Shown piece after piece: positions 36,606-47,304 of a stretch of 64,000 bases of DNA. The stretch comes from an uncultured Gammaproteobacteria bacterium (GTDB lineage: Bacteria > Pseudomonadota > Gammaproteobacteria > DRLM01), in assembly GCA_963761035.1 (NCBI GenBank), contig CAVXFH010000002.1, forward strand, positions 1,738,915-1,802,914, in the 5' to 3' direction. The notes below the pieces were generated by a model. It saw nothing but the letters and a program-made list of their open reading frames with translations, searched no databases and had not been told where the DNA came from. The stretch's first letter is position 1. Each line of letters begins with the position of its first letter. The translations under genes and the position numbers were made by a program.

Positions 36606-37190
36606 TTACATACCTTTGTCCATGGGCATGTCACCGTGATGCAAGGGCATTTTCCCGTGCATCTTGTCCTTCTCATGAGGGTGCATTTTCCACATGTCCT
36701 TGAGGGCCTGCTTTTGTTCGGCGGTCAGCAGCGCCTTGATGTCGTGCATTTGCGCTATGTAGGCATGCCATAGCTGGGATTCCATCTTGCCAACCTTGTC
36801 AATGAGGCCGTCGGCCTCATTGACATTGATATCATCGGCGAAGATTGCTCGGGCGACATCGCCGTAAGACGCCTTGAGTTGTTCCTCCGTCTTGGCGTTC
36901 TTGTCTATGTAGTCGTCGCGCAGCTTGGTGAGCTGTTTGACCTGTTCGTCGGTCAATTTGAGGGCTGAACTCATCTTCAGAAAATGGGCGGCCGCGTTAT
37001 GGGGTTGCATGCCCTGCATGCCGTGCTCCATGCCATGACCCATGCCGTGACAATGATCATCCATGGACATGCCGGGGTGGCCGCCCATCTCCGGATGGGC
37101 CCAGGCCGTCGTACCCAGGGTAAAGAAAGCGGCAGCCACCATGCCGATTAAGGCGCCAGTTCGGTTTGCGTTCCCCTTCGAATTCTTCAT
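36606..37190 (-). CDS. His/Met-rich periplasmic protein of the CpxP/Spy/ZraP (LTxxQ) family
   Basis: Signal peptide. His/Met-rich N- and C-terminal tails (HCHGMGHGMEHGMQGMQPH; MHPHEKDKMHGKMPLHHGDMPMDKGM). Two LTxxQ motifs (LTDEQVKQL, LTAEQKQAL). Confidence 0.7.
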   Translation of the reverse strand: MKNSKGNANRTGALIGMVAAAFFTLGTTAWAHPEMGGHPGMSMDDHCHGMGHGMEHGMQGMQPHNAAAHFLKMSSALKLTDEQVKQLTKLRDDYIDKNAKTEEQLKASYGDVARAIFADDINVNEADGLIDKVGKMESQLWHAYIAQMHDIKALLTAEQKQALKDMWKMHPHEKDKMHGKMPLHHGDMPMDKGM

Positions 37191-37204
37191 ACTATTGCTC
37201 CTTA

Positions 37205-37228
37205 TAGGGATATTAATAGGGATATTGA
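37205..37228. promoter_or_regulatory. tandem 12 bp direct repeat (TAGGGATATTAA / TAGGGATATTGA) immediately upstream of the ZraP/Spy-like gene; candidate regulator site
   Basis: Read directly from sequence; sits between the putative promoter and the AAGGAG RBS on the minus strand. Confidence 0.4.
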
Positions 37229-37440
37229 GGTTTGTTGTTTACATGACGTCCATGGTGATTGATGCCTATGGAGCTCATGCGATGCGTAGAGACGCCCTAT
37301 TAGATAGGGTAATGGGCAACTGGTTCAAAATTGAGCCTTGCCGAGTGAAAACAACTGCGAAAACAAGCGGTTTTGTACCTGATCAGGCAAGAAGATCATA
37401 GTTGTAATACGCTGGCGCTTCATTAGCAAAGGAAGTGGTT

Positions 37441-38058
37441 ATGCAGGGGACCCTCTATATTATTTCCGCGCCTTCGGGGGCGGGGAAAACCAGTTTGGTG
37501 CGCGAGGTGTTGGCCACGGTACCGGGCATCAGCCTGTCGGTGTCCCATACCACGCGTCCCATACGGCCGGGAGAACAGAACGGCGTTCATTATCATTTCG
37601 TCGGCCTCGCCGAGTTTCAAGCCATGATTGCCGCGGGGGCGTTCTTGGAATATGCCCAGGTATTCGATAACTATTATGGGACGAGTAAGGCCGGCGTCAC
37701 TGCCCAGTTGCAGAGAGGCCAGGACGTCATTCTGGAGATCGATTGGCAGGGTGCTCAGCAAATGCGCCGCCTCTTTCCCGATGTGGTCGCGATATTTATT
37801 CTTCCCCCTTCGCGCGACGTGCTGGAAAGCCGCTTGCGGGCACGGGGCCAGGACAGCGAAACGGTCATCGCCCGACGCCTGCGCGAGGTTCGGACTGAAA
37901 TTTCTCATTGTAATGAGTATGATTACTTATTGGTCAATGAGGATTTTGGCCGGGCGGTGGCCGATCTTCAGTCCATCGTGCGGGCCCATAAATTAGGCCA
38001 AAGGGCGCAGGGAAAGGCCCTGAATTCCTTGCTGGAAAGCCTGCTCGGGGAGGACTGA
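37441..38058 (+). CDS. gmk: guanylate kinase
   Basis: P-loop [10 protein letters not shown]; full-length Gmk similarity. Confidence 0.93.
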   Translation: MQGTLYIISAPSGAGKTSLVREVLATVPGISLSVSHTTRPIRPGEQNGVHYHFVGLAEFQAMIAAGAFLEYAQVFDNYYGTSKAGVTAQLQRGQDVILEIDWQGAQQMRRLFPDVVAIFILPPSRDVLESRLRARGQDSETVIARRLREVRTEISHCNEYDYLLVNEDFGRAVADLQSIVRAHKLGQRAQGKALNSLLESLLGED

Positions 38059-38132
38059 GTTTCGGCTCAAGCATTCCAAACCCGGTCTATATAAGCGTAT
38101 ACTTTTCAATCGTAGCAATTTTGGAGTTTGCA

Positions 38133-38459
38133 ATGGCGCGCGTTACTGTCGAAGATTGTCTGGATCATGTTGATAACCGTTTTCACCTGGTGCTGGTCGC
38201 GACGCGGCGGGCACGGCAATTGGCGAGGGGCTCCAGCCAACCCACCTTGCCTTGGGAAAATGACAAAAGCACGGTGATGGCCTTGCGCGAGATCGCGGCC
38301 GGCACCATCAATGCCAATATCCTGGATGAGATCAGCGCCGAAGAAGAAGCCCGCGCCGCCGAGATGAGCGAGTTGGAACGGGCCGAGATTGAGGCCGAAG
38401 TGGGAGGGCAAGTGATCCCCCGGGCGATTGTCGATCAGGGGAATGCCGGGGAGGAGTGA
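38133..38459 (+). CDS. rpoZ: DNA-directed RNA polymerase subunit omega
   Basis: [10 protein letters not shown]...[16 protein letters not shown] is a classic RpoZ N-terminus; GGAG RBS 7 nt upstream. Confidence 0.93.
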   Translation: MARVTVEDCLDHVDNRFHLVLVATRRARQLARGSSQPTLPWENDKSTVMALREIAAGTINANILDEISAEEEARAAEMSELERAEIEAEVGGQVIPRAIVDQGNAGEE

Positions 38460-38490
38460 TTCCTCCATGCGCAGCCTTGAATGAGCCGCC

Positions 38491-40731
38491 TTGAATAAGC
38501 CCGCCGATCTTGTAAAGCCTCCTCTTTCCATCGATCAAGATTCCACGCAATTATTAATCGGCGAACTGTGCGCCTTTCTCGCCGGTTATCTTGACGATGC
38601 CCATATCGGCGAGATTCGCCGAGCCTGCGATTTCTCAGCCGCGGCCCATCGCGGCCAGACTCGCCAATCGGGCGAACCTTATGTCCAACATCCCTTGGCG
38701 GTTGCGCGTATCCTCGCCGAGATGAGGATGGATCACCAGAGTATTATGGCGGCCATTCTCCATGATGTTATGGAGGACACACCCACCGCCAAGGAGCAAT
38801 TGGTCAGCCAATTCGGCGAAGAGGTGGCGGAATTGGTGGACGGCGTCAGCAAGCTGACCCAGATTCGCTTTAGCAGCAAGGCCGAGGCCCAAGCCGAGAA
38901 CTTCCGCAAAATGATGCTGGCCATGGTGCGCGATATCCGCGTCATACTGGTCAAATTCGCCGATCGTCTCCATAACATGCGCACGCTCTCGGCGTTGCCG
39001 CCCGCCAAACGGCGGCGCATTTCCCGGGAGACCCTGGAAATCTACGTACCCATCGCCAATCGCCTGGGAATGAATACCATTCGCCTGGAATTGGAGGATT
39101 TGGGTTTTGCCGGCCTTTATCCCAACCGTTACCGGGTGTTGACCGAGGCGATTAAAAAGAGCCGCGGCAATCGCAAGGAAGTGGTGCAGAAGATTCAGGC
39201 AGTCATGGAGCAGCGCTTGCAGGAAGAAGGACTGTCCGCCCGGGTAATGGGCCGGGAAAAACACCTTTACAGCATATATCGCAAGATGCGGCGGAAGAAT
39301 TTGTCTTTCTCAGAGGTGTTCGATGTCTACGCCTTTCGCATCATGGTCGACAGGGTGGATACCTGTTATCGCGCATTGGGCGCGGTGCACAATCTCTATA
39401 AACCCGTGCCCGGCAAGTTCAAGGATTACATCGCCATTCCCAAGGCCAATGGCTATCAGTCCCTCCATACGGTGCTGTTCGGTCCTTACGGCGTTCCCAT
39501 CGAGGTGCAGATACGCAGCGAGGATATGGAGAAGGTCGCCGAGGCGGGGATCGCCGCCCATTGGTTGTACAAGTCCGGTGACGGCGGTGGCGCCAGCGCC
39601 CAGACCCGCGCCCGGGAATGGTTGCGCGGCCTGTTGGAAATGCAGAAGAACGCCGGAAATTCCATGGAATTTCTCGAGAACGTTAAGATCGATCTCTTTC
39701 CCGACGAGGTTTACGTGTTCACCCCCAAGGGCGAGATCATGAAGCTGCCGCGCGGTGCGTCGGCGGTGGATTTTGCCTATACTGTACATACCGACGTGGG
39801 CAATACCTGCGTGGCGGCCAAGATTGATAGGCGCCTGGCGCCGCTGCGCACTCCCTTGAGCAACGGCCAGACCGTGGAGATTATCACCGCGCCCGGTGCG
39901 CGTCCCAATCCCGCCTGGCTCAGTTTCGTGGTGACGGGCAAGGCCCGCGCCAATATCCGCAATTATCTGAAGAACCTTAAGCGCGATGAGGCCATCCAGC
40001 TCGGCCGGCGCCTGTTGGAGAAGGCCCTGACGGGATCGCCGTTGAGTTTCGAGCAATTACCGGCGGCGCGTCTGCAGGCGGCGGTGAAGGAACTGAAGTT
40101 CGCCAACGTGGATGATTTGCTGGAGAGTATCGGTCTTGGCAATCGCATGGCGTCGCTGGTAGCCCGCTACCTGGTAATGGACAGGGATGCGCAGGACAAG
40201 ATCCCGGGCAAGCGCTCCGCGACCTTGAAGAAGGTATTTACCCGCTACGTACCGGCCTGGCTGCGCGGCGGCGACCGCCACTCCAGTCGACCCTTGGCGA
40301 TCAAGGGGACCGAGGGCATGGTAGTGACCTATGCCAAGTGTTGCCGGCCCATCCCCGGCGATCCCATCGTGGGTTTCGTCACCGCCGGCCGCGGTATCGT
40401 GATTCATGTCGAGAATTGCAAAAACCTCACCGAGTATCGCAATCTTCCCGAGAAATGGCTGGACGTTGCCTGGGAGTCGGAAGTCCAGGGCGATTTCCCC
40501 GTGGAAATCCGCATGGAGGTGGCCAATCAGCGTGGTGCCTTGGCCACGGTGGCGGCGGCGGTTGCGGAGATGGATGCCAATATCGACAATGTCGCCATGG
40601 AGGAACGGGACGGCCGCTACAGCAACTTGACCTTGCTGATCGAAGTACATGACAGGCGCCATCTGGCGCGCATCATGCGCCGCGTTCGTTCCATAGACAT
40701 AGTGGCGAAAATAACCAGGACCAGAGGATAA
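38491..40731 (+). CDS. spoT: bifunctional (p)ppGpp synthetase/hydrolase SpoT/Rel
   Basis: HD hydrolase motif (ILHDVMEDT), synthetase domain, TGS and ACT domains; gmk-rpoZ-spoT synteny. Confidence 0.93.
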   Translation: MNKPADLVKPPLSIDQDSTQLLIGELCAFLAGYLDDAHIGEIRRACDFSAAAHRGQTRQSGEPYVQHPLAVARILAEMRMDHQSIMAAILHDVMEDTPTAKEQLVSQFGEEVAELVDGVSKLTQIRFSSKAEAQAENFRKMMLAMVRDIRVILVKFADRLHNMRTLSALPPAKRRRISRETLEIYVPIANRLGMNTIRLELEDLGFAGLYPNRYRVLTEAIKKSRGNRKEVVQKIQAVMEQRLQEEGLSARVMGREKHLYSIYRKMRRKNLSFSEVFDVYAFRIMVDRVDTCYRALGAVHNLYKPVPGKFKDYIAIPKANGYQSLHTVLFGPYGVPIEVQIRSEDMEKVAEAGIAAHWLYKSGDGGGASAQTRAREWLRGLLEMQKNAGNSMEFLENVKIDLFPDEVYVFTPKGEIMKLPRGASAVDFAYTVHTDVGNTCVAAKIDRRLAPLRTPLSNGQTVEIITAPGARPNPAWLSFVVTGKARANIRNYLKNLKRDEAIQLGRRLLEKALTGSPLSFEQLPAARLQAAVKELKFANVDDLLESIGLGNRMASLVARYLVMDRDAQDKIPGKRSATLKKVFTRYVPAWLRGGDRHSSRPLAIKGTEGMVVTYAKCCRPIPGDPIVGFVTAGRGIVIHVENCKNLTEYRNLPEKWLDVAWESEVQGDFPVEIRMEVANQRGALATVAAAVAEMDANIDNVAMEERDGRYSNLTLLIEVHDRRHLARIMRRVRSIDIVAKITRTRG

Positions 40732-40736
40732 GGTAG

Positions 40737-41123
40737 ATGACTCGCGAGATTATCAAGACCGTGGCGGCGCCCGCCGCCATCGGAACTTATTCGCAAGCGG
40801 TGAGGACGGGTAATACCGTGTACCTGTCCGGGCAGATCCCCTTGGTGCCGCGGACCATGCAACTGGTGGAAGGTGACGTGAGCGCCCAGATTCGCCAGGT
40901 ATTTGATAACCTGCAAGCAGTGGCGGCGGCGGCGGGCGGCGGTTTGGCGGATATCGTAAAATTGAATATCTATCTCACCGATCTCGCGCATTTTCCCATG
41001 GTCAACGAAGTGATGACCCATTATTTCCGCGAGCCCTTTCCGGCGCGCGCCGCCATCGGCGTCGCTTCTTTGCCGAAAGGCGCGGCCGTCGAGGCCGATG
41101 CGGTCATGGTGCTGGGCGCATAG
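40737..41123 (+). CDS. ridA: RidA family reactive enamine/imine deaminase
   Basis: 128 aa YjgF/TdcF fold; conserved C-terminal ...[18 protein letters not shown]. Confidence 0.88.
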   Translation: MTREIIKTVAAPAAIGTYSQAVRTGNTVYLSGQIPLVPRTMQLVEGDVSAQIRQVFDNLQAVAAAAGGGLADIVKLNIYLTDLAHFPMVNEVMTHYFREPFPARAAIGVASLPKGAAVEADAVMVLGA

Positions 41124-41166
41124 GAACTTCTATTTTATCGGGATGCGGAAAAGGTGAGGGAGAGCG

Positions 41167-43287
41167 ATGGACACGGCCATCCCTGTAGCAGAGGCGTCCG
41201 CATCCGTGGCCGGCGGCATGAGTACGCCCGTTACCTATCTCAAGGGTGTGGGGCCGCGCTTGGCGGTGCGCCTGCGGCGTTTGGGCATTGAGACCCTGCA
41301 GGACCTGCTGTTCCATCTTCCCGCGCGGTATCAAGATCGCACGAAGATAATCCCCATGGGGGCGTTACTCGCCGGCGATGACGCGATGGTGCAGGGCGAA
41401 GTATTGCACAGCGAGATAGTGCGCGGCCGGCGTGCCGTGCTGCTGGCCCGTATCGCCGACGGCACCGGCAGTTTGATCCTGCGGTTCTTCCACTTTTCCG
41501 CGAAACAGCGCGAAGGATTGGAGCGCGGGCAGTGGTTGCGCTGCTTCGGCGAGGTGCGCCGCGGTATCGCGACCTTGGAGATGATCCATCCCGAATATCA
41601 GGTGCTAGACAGGGATGTGCCGGCCGCGGAGGAAAAACACCTCACTCCCGTGTATCCAACTACCGAAGGTCTGCATCAAATTACCTTACGCAATGCCACC
41701 GCAACGGCATTGGAACGCCTCGACCATGGCGCGGGATTGCAGGAGTACCTGCCCGCGGAGCTATTGCAATCCTTGCGTTTGCCCACCTTGGCGGACGCGC
41801 TGCGTTATGTGCATCGCCCTCCCCTGGATGCGCCCGTGGAGCTGTTGTCGGCGGGGCGTCATCCCGCGCAGCAACGCTTGGCTTTTGAGGAGCTTTTGGC
41901 CCACCATCTCAGCCTGCGTCAATTGCGGGCGCGAGTGGAGCGCCATCGCGCTCCGCCATTGACGGCGCCGGGAAAGTTGTTCGACGCCCTCTTGCGTCAA
42001 CTTCCCTTTCGCCTGACCGGGGCGCAGCGTCGGGTCATCGCCGAAATACGCGCCGACCTGGCGCGCCCTCATCCCATGCACCGACTGGTGCAAGGCGATG
42101 TGGGCTCCGGTAAGACCCTGGTGGCCGCGGCGGCGGTATTGCAGGCGGTGGAGACGGGTTTTCAAGCCGTGGTAATGGCGCCGACCGAATTGCTGGCGGA
42201 GCAGCATCTGAAAAATTTCAGCGAGTGGTTGGCCCCTCTCGATGTCCGTATCGGCGGGTTGGCGGGAAAACTCACCGCCAAGACGAGGCGTGCCCTGCTC
42301 GCGCAATTGGCCAGCGGCGAGTTGGCGGTGGCGATAGGGACCCATGCCCTGTTTCAAGCCGGCGTCGATTTTCATCGCTTAGGTTTGATCGTGATCGACG
42401 AGCAGCATCGTTTCGGCGTTCATCAACGTTTTGCCCTCTGGGAAAAGGGTAACGACGGCGGCCGCTATCCTCATCAATTAATCATGACCGCCACCCCCAT
42501 CCCCCGTACCTTGGCCATGGCGGCCTATGCGGATTTGGATTGTTCGGTGATCGACGAATTGCCGCCCGGGCGTCGGCCGGTGGAGACGGTGGTGGTGCAG
42601 GGCAATCGCCGCGACGAAGTTGTGCAACGCATTCGCGCCGCCTGCGGGCAAAACCAACAGGCTTATTGGGTATGTACCGTGATCGAAGAGTCGGAGGTGT
42701 TGCAATGCCAGGCGGCGGCGGAGACGGCGGCGCTGTTGACCGAGGCCTTGCCGGAATTGCGGGTGGGTTTATTGCATGGACGTATGAAGGGGATCGACAA
42801 GGAAAGGACCATAACGGCCTTCAGGGCCGGGGACCTGGATTTGCTGGTGGCGACCACCGTAATCGAGGTAGGTGTGGACGTGCCCAACGCCAGCCTGATG
42901 GTGATTGAAAACGCCGAGCGTTTGGGCCTTGCCCAGTTGCATCAGTTGCGCGGGCGGGTGGGGCGCGGCGCGCAACACAGCGCTTGCGTACTGATGTATC
43001 GTCCGCCGCTTTCCGATCAGGGCAGGGAGCGACTGGCCGTATTGCGCCGCAGCAACGACGGTTTTGAGATCGCGCGCAAGGACCTGGAACTGCGCGGTCC
43101 CGGCGAAGTGCTCGGCACCAAGCAGAGCGGCTTGTTGCAATTGCGCATCGCGGACCTGCTGCGGGACCAAGCCTTGCTGCCCGCGGTGGAGCGTGCCGCC
43201 GGGCGGTTGCTGGCTCAGCAACCACAACGGGTGGCGCCGCTTATCCGGCGCTGGTTGGGAGAGGCAACGCTGTTTGGCGACGTGTAA
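41167..43287 (+). CDS. recG: ATP-dependent DNA helicase RecG
   Basis: Wedge domain, helicase motifs (GDVGSGKT, DEQHRFG), TRG motif. Confidence 0.93.
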   Translation: MDTAIPVAEASASVAGGMSTPVTYLKGVGPRLAVRLRRLGIETLQDLLFHLPARYQDRTKIIPMGALLAGDDAMVQGEVLHSEIVRGRRAVLLARIADGTGSLILRFFHFSAKQREGLERGQWLRCFGEVRRGIATLEMIHPEYQVLDRDVPAAEEKHLTPVYPTTEGLHQITLRNATATALERLDHGAGLQEYLPAELLQSLRLPTLADALRYVHRPPLDAPVELLSAGRHPAQQRLAFEELLAHHLSLRQLRARVERHRAPPLTAPGKLFDALLRQLPFRLTGAQRRVIAEIRADLARPHPMHRLVQGDVGSGKTLVAAAAVLQAVETGFQAVVMAPTELLAEQHLKNFSEWLAPLDVRIGGLAGKLTAKTRRALLAQLASGELAVAIGTHALFQAGVDFHRLGLIVIDEQHRFGVHQRFALWEKGNDGGRYPHQLIMTATPIPRTLAMAAYADLDCSVIDELPPGRRPVETVVVQGNRRDEVVQRIRAACGQNQQAYWVCTVIEESEVLQCQAAAETAALLTEALPELRVGLLHGRMKGIDKERTITAFRAGDLDLLVATTVIEVGVDVPNASLMVIENAERLGLAQLHQLRGRVGRGAQHSACVLMYRPPLSDQGRERLAVLRRSNDGFEIARKDLELRGPGEVLGTKQSGLLQLRIADLLRDQALLPAVERAAGRLLAQQPQRVAPLIRRWLGEATLFGDV

Positions 43288-43338
43288 CGCGACCGCGTAC
43301 AATGCTCCGCCTTTCTTAGCTGCCGATCAGGGTGCGCA

Positions 43339-43923
43339 ATGGTTAAGGATCAACAACGCCAGGCATCGCGCCTGCGCGAGCCTAGGTGGATTTCCGCGCG
43401 CCGGCGTTTGCGCGGCGCGGCACCGGCAGTTCCGTGGGATTGGTTGCTGGACCCCGCGTCTTTGACGCGGCGCTTGCAACTCGTCTGCGACAAGTGCTTT
43501 AGCGTGCAGGTGCTCCGGCAAGGTTGGGGCCGACCCCTGGCCAGCGAGCGCCGGGTCTTGGGCGGCAAACGCGGTGGACGCGCCGTGATTCGCGAGGTAC
43601 GGCTGATGTGTGATGCAACACCCTGGGTGTTCGCCCGGACCGTGATACCGGTGCGCACCCTGTGCGGCCGGCAACGGCGTCTCACCCGTCTGGGTTCCAA
43701 ATCGTTGGGCGCGGCCCTGTTTGCCGATCCCCAACTGCGGCGCGGCGAGATGGAGGTTAGCCGTGTCGATCCCGGCGAGAGCTTGTACGGCTATACCGCC
43801 GATGCGCTGTCCGCCGCGGACGCGGTTTGGGGGAGACGTTCGGTGTTTTGGGTGGCCGGCAAACCATTACTCGTAAGCGAATTCTTTTTGCCGGCGTTGC
43901 TCCGCCGGCATTCGCAAATTTAA
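43339..43923 (+). CDS. ubiC: chorismate pyruvate-lyase UbiC
   Basis: Matches E. coli UbiC blocks (PWVFARTVIPVRTL; VWGRRSVFWVAGKPLLVSEFFLP); precedes ubiA. Start uncertain. Confidence 0.75.
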   Translation: MVKDQQRQASRLREPRWISARRRLRGAAPAVPWDWLLDPASLTRRLQLVCDKCFSVQVLRQGWGRPLASERRVLGGKRGGRAVIREVRLMCDATPWVFARTVIPVRTLCGRQRRLTRLGSKSLGAALFADPQLRRGEMEVSRVDPGESLYGYTADALSAADAVWGRRSVFWVAGKPLLVSEFFLPALLRRHSQI

Positions 43924-43983
43924 TCATTTAGATCGCGGAACGCTCTGGTTACGGGTATCCCTAGGCTATTTGAATGGTGATGA

Positions 43984-44862
43984 TTGAGGTGGGTGACGGT
44001 GCGGCTTGAACGATTGCGTCTATACCTGGTATTGATGCGGCTCAATCGGCCGATCGGTTCCTTGTTGTTATTATGGCCTACCCTGTGGGCGTTGTGGTTG
44101 GCGGGGGAAGGGCATCCGCGGGTCTTGGTGGTGCTGGTGTTCGTGCTGGGCGTGGTGGTGATGCGTTCCGCCGGTTGCGTTATTAACGATTATGCCGACC
44201 GCCATGTGGACCCGCATGTCGCCCGTACGCGCCTGCGACCTATCGCCGCGGGGAAGGTGACCCCCCGCGAGGCCTTGATCCTGTTTGCGGTGTTGTGCCT
44301 GACGGCCTTCGCCTTGGTGCTGCTGATGAATTCGCTCACCATCATGATGTCTTTGGTCGGGGCGGTGCTAGCGGCGGTGTATCCGTTTATGAAGCGCTAT
44401 ACTCATTTGCCGCAAGTGATGTTGGGCATGGCCTTCGGTTGGGCGGTGCCCATGGCGTTCGCGGCGCAGACCGGCGGCGTGCCGCCGGTGGCGTGGCTGT
44501 TGTTTATCGCCACGGTGCTGTGGGCCACGGCCTATGACACCATGTATGCCATGGTGGACCGGCCCGATGACCTGCGTATCGGCGTCAAGTCCACGGCTAT
44601 CTTGTTCGGTGAGGCCGACCGCCATCTCATCGCCTTAATCCAGGTATTGTTCTTTGTCGCGATGGCCATGGTCGGACGGCAACTCGAACTGGGCAGCTTC
44701 TATTATGCCGGGCTGGCGATCGCCATGCTGTTGGCCGCCTATCAGTTGATGCTTATCTGGCCGCGCGACCCGCCGGGGTGTTTCAAGGCCTTTTTGAATA
44801 ATAATTGGCTTGGAGCGGTCATTTTTGCCGGGATTGTCGGCCATTACCTGGCGATGGGCTAG
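43984..44862 (+). CDS. ubiA: 4-hydroxybenzoate octaprenyltransferase UbiA
   Basis: Near colinear with E. coli UbiA ([11 protein letters not shown]...[10 protein letters not shown]...[11 protein letters not shown]...[13 protein letters not shown]). TTG/GTG start near 43984-43999. Confidence 0.9.
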   Translation: MRWVTVRLERLRLYLVLMRLNRPIGSLLLLWPTLWALWLAGEGHPRVLVVLVFVLGVVVMRSAGCVINDYADRHVDPHVARTRLRPIAAGKVTPREALILFAVLCLTAFALVLLMNSLTIMMSLVGAVLAAVYPFMKRYTHLPQVMLGMAFGWAVPMAFAAQTGGVPPVAWLLFIATVLWATAYDTMYAMVDRPDDLRIGVKSTAILFGEADRHLIALIQVLFFVAMAMVGRQLELGSFYYAGLAIAMLLAAYQLMLIWPRDPPGCFKAFLNNNWLGAVIFAGIVGHYLAMG

Positions 44863-44934
44863 CCCGGCGGTTGGCAGGCGGTGGAGGGCGTGGGAAGATA
44901 ATCACGAATGCACCATGGCTATTCAAAGAGGTGA

Positions 44935-45143
44935 TGACAATGCAAACGGAAAAATTTCGGGTTAAGAACGTTAAGTGCGACGGTTGCGTCAACACCATCC
45001 GTCAAGGCTTGTTAAAGGTGGCGGGCGTGGCGGAGGTGGATGTAGCGATCCAGGGCGGGAAAGTGACCGTCAATGGCGAGGGTCTCGACCGGCTGGTCTT
45101 GGCGCACAAACTGGGGCAACTCGGTTACCCCGAGGGCGCCTGA
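44935..45143 (+). CDS. heavy-metal-associated (HMA) domain protein, CopZ-like
   Basis: 69 aa from the ATG at 44935 with an AGAGGTG RBS; metal-binding CDGC (CxxC) motif in the first loop. Confidence 0.65.
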
Positions 45144-45149
45144 TCAGGT

Positions 45150-46154
45150 ATGGCGATGAATAAAAAGCCAGAGGCGCTTACGGACCACAATACCCGCTTT
45201 CTGGAACTGGGTGCCGCGGTCATTGAGATCGAGGCCAAGGCGGTATTCGCCCTGACAGAGCGCATCGATGCGAATTTCGCCAAGGCCTGCGGGTTGCTGC
45301 TGGCCTGCGAGGGGCGCATCGTGGTGTTGGGAATGGGCAAGTCCGGTCATATCGGCGGGAAGGTAGCGGCCACCCTGGCCAGCACCGGCAGCCCCGCCTT
45401 TTTCGTCCACCCCGGCGAGGCCAGTCACGGCGACTTGGGGATGATCACTGAAAAAGATGTGGTGATGGCCTTTTCCAATTCCGGCGAGACCGAGGAATTA
45501 CTGGTGATCCTGCCGCTCATCAAGCGGCTGGGCGTGCCCTTCATCGCCCTCACCGGCAACCCCGCTTCCACCTTGGCGCGCAAGGCCGATGCCCACATCG
45601 ATGTCAGCGTAGCGCAAGAGGCTTGCCCCCTGGATCTGGCGCCCACCGCCAGCACCACCGCGGCCTTGGCCATGGGCGATGCTTTGGCCATCGCGCTGCT
45701 GGAGGCACGGGGTTTTACCCAGGAGGATTTCGCACGTTCCCACCCCGGCGGCCGCCTAGGGCGGCGCTTGTTATTGTTGATCGATGACGTGATGCACACC
45801 GGCGAGGCCGTGCCCATGGTGGCGCCCGACATCATGTTGAGCGAGGCCTTGCTGGAGGTGACCCGCAAGGGACTGGGCATGACCGCCATCGTCGACGGCG
45901 AGCGGCGCCTGCTGGGTATCTTTACCGACGGCGATCTGCGCCGCGCCATGGATCACGGCGTGGATGTGCATACCACGCCGGTAAAAGAGGTTATGACCCG
46001 CCACGGCAAGACGATCAGCCAGGGGATGTTGGCGGCGGAGGCCTTGCAGATCATGGAGAACGCTAAGATCAACGGGCTGATGGTGGTGGATAAGGACGAT
46101 AGATTGATCGGCGTCTTGAACATGCATGATCTGCTGCGGGCGGGTGTGGTGTAA
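45150..46154 (+). CDS. kdsD: arabinose-5-phosphate isomerase KdsD
   Basis: SIS domain (VLGMGKSGHIG) plus tandem CBS domains. Confidence 0.9.
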   Translation: MAMNKKPEALTDHNTRFLELGAAVIEIEAKAVFALTERIDANFAKACGLLLACEGRIVVLGMGKSGHIGGKVAATLASTGSPAFFVHPGEASHGDLGMITEKDVVMAFSNSGETEELLVILPLIKRLGVPFIALTGNPASTLARKADAHIDVSVAQEACPLDLAPTASTTAALAMGDALAIALLEARGFTQEDFARSHPGGRLGRRLLLLIDDVMHTGEAVPMVAPDIMLSEALLEVTRKGLGMTAIVDGERRLLGIFTDGDLRRAMDHGVDVHTTPVKEVMTRHGKTISQGMLAAEALQIMENAKINGLMVVDKDDRLIGVLNMHDLLRAGVV

Positions 46155-46180
46155 GTCCAAATAACGAGCGAAGGGGTGCC

Positions 46181-46732
46181 ATGCAAGACATACTGGAGAA
46201 GGCGGCGCAAATCCGTTTGCTGATCTTCGACGTCGACGGTGTGCTCACCGATGGCGGCCTCTATTTCGACGAGGCGGGCCGCGAGCACAAGGTCTTTCAT
46301 TCCCGCGACGGCCACGGTATCAAGATGCTGCAGGGAGCGGCGGTGGAGGTGGCGGTGATCTCCGGCCGCCGCACCGAGGCGGTCACCCATCGCATGGCCG
46401 GATTGGGCGTGCGCCATGTTTATCAGGGACAGCAGGACAAGCTGCCGGCATTTTACGAACTGCTGGAACGACTGCGGATAACGCCCGAACAGACCGCTTA
46501 TGTGGGCGATGATGTGGTGGACCTGCCCATCATGCTGCAGGCGGGTCTGGCCGTGGCGGTGCAGGACGCCCATCCTCTGGTCCTCCGGCATGCCCATTGG
46601 CAAACTCCCCACGCCGGCGGGCGCGGCGCGGCGCGGGACGTGTGTGAGTTGATTCTTGAGGCGCAGGGCAAGCTGCAAACGGCGTTACAAGCGTATCTCG
46701 ACGCGGGTGCGGCGGTCCGCCGGAAAACGTGA
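46181..46732 (+). CDS. kdsC: KDO-8-phosphate phosphatase KdsC
   Basis: HAD motif LLIFDVDGVLTDG...GDDVVDL. Confidence 0.9.
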   Translation: MQDILEKAAQIRLLIFDVDGVLTDGGLYFDEAGREHKVFHSRDGHGIKMLQGAAVEVAVISGRRTEAVTHRMAGLGVRHVYQGQQDKLPAFYELLERLRITPEQTAYVGDDVVDLPIMLQAGLAVAVQDAHPLVLRHAHWQTPHAGGRGAARDVCELILEAQGKLQTALQAYLDAGAAVRRKT

Positions 46733-47304
46733 TGCGCATTCGCATCGATAAATGGCTGGTGGTGTTGGTGGTGATCGCGTTGTCCACCTTAAGCTGGTGG
46801 CTGCCCTTAGGACAAGAACCGGTTATCGCCTTGGTAACGGCGCCCGAGAAAAGGCATATCGTCGATTATGACTTGACCGATTTTACTATCACCGCGATGA
46901 ACGCCGCGGGACGTCCCCGTTATCGTTTACAGGCCCGGACCATGCGCCATTATGCCGATGACGACACGTCCGACGTGAACTTGCCCCGGTTAACGATGTT
47001 TCGTCACGATGTGGCGTCGTGGTTCGTGCGCGCCGAACAGGCGCGGGTGACGGCGGGCGCGGAGACGGTATTTTTGCGGGATCGAGTGAAGGCGGAACGG
47101 CTGACGGAGGATAAGGACGATGCGTTGGAGATTCATACGACAGCTTTGAAAGTGGTGCCGGCCGAGGAATACGCCGAGACGGATCAGCCGGTGACCATCG
47201 TGTCCGCGCAGGGCGTGACGCAGGCCGTCGGGATGCAGGCAAACCTCAAGCAGCAGCGTCTCGAGTTACTGGCGCAAGTTCGGGGAGAATATGCAAAGCA
47301 ATAA
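46729..47304 (+). CDS. lptC: LPS export protein LptC
   Basis: N-terminal TM anchor; position between kdsC and lptA. Confidence 0.8.
   Translation: MMRIRIDKWLVVLVVIALSTLSWWLPLGQEPVIALVTAPEKRHIVDYDLTDFTITAMNAAGRPRYRLQARTMRHYADDDTSDVNLPRLTMFRHDVASWFVRAEQARVTAGAETVFLRDRVKAERLTEDKDDALEIHTTALKVVPAEEYAETDQPVTIVSAQGVTQAVGMQANLKQQRLELLAQVRGEYAKQ

Noticed and set aside
36606-37430. sigma54 promoter upstream of the ZraP/Spy-like gene (as in E. coli zraP)
   Set aside because: No GG-N10-GC element in the correct orientation within 250 bp upstream; a sigma70-type promoter plus the direct-repeat operator is more likely.
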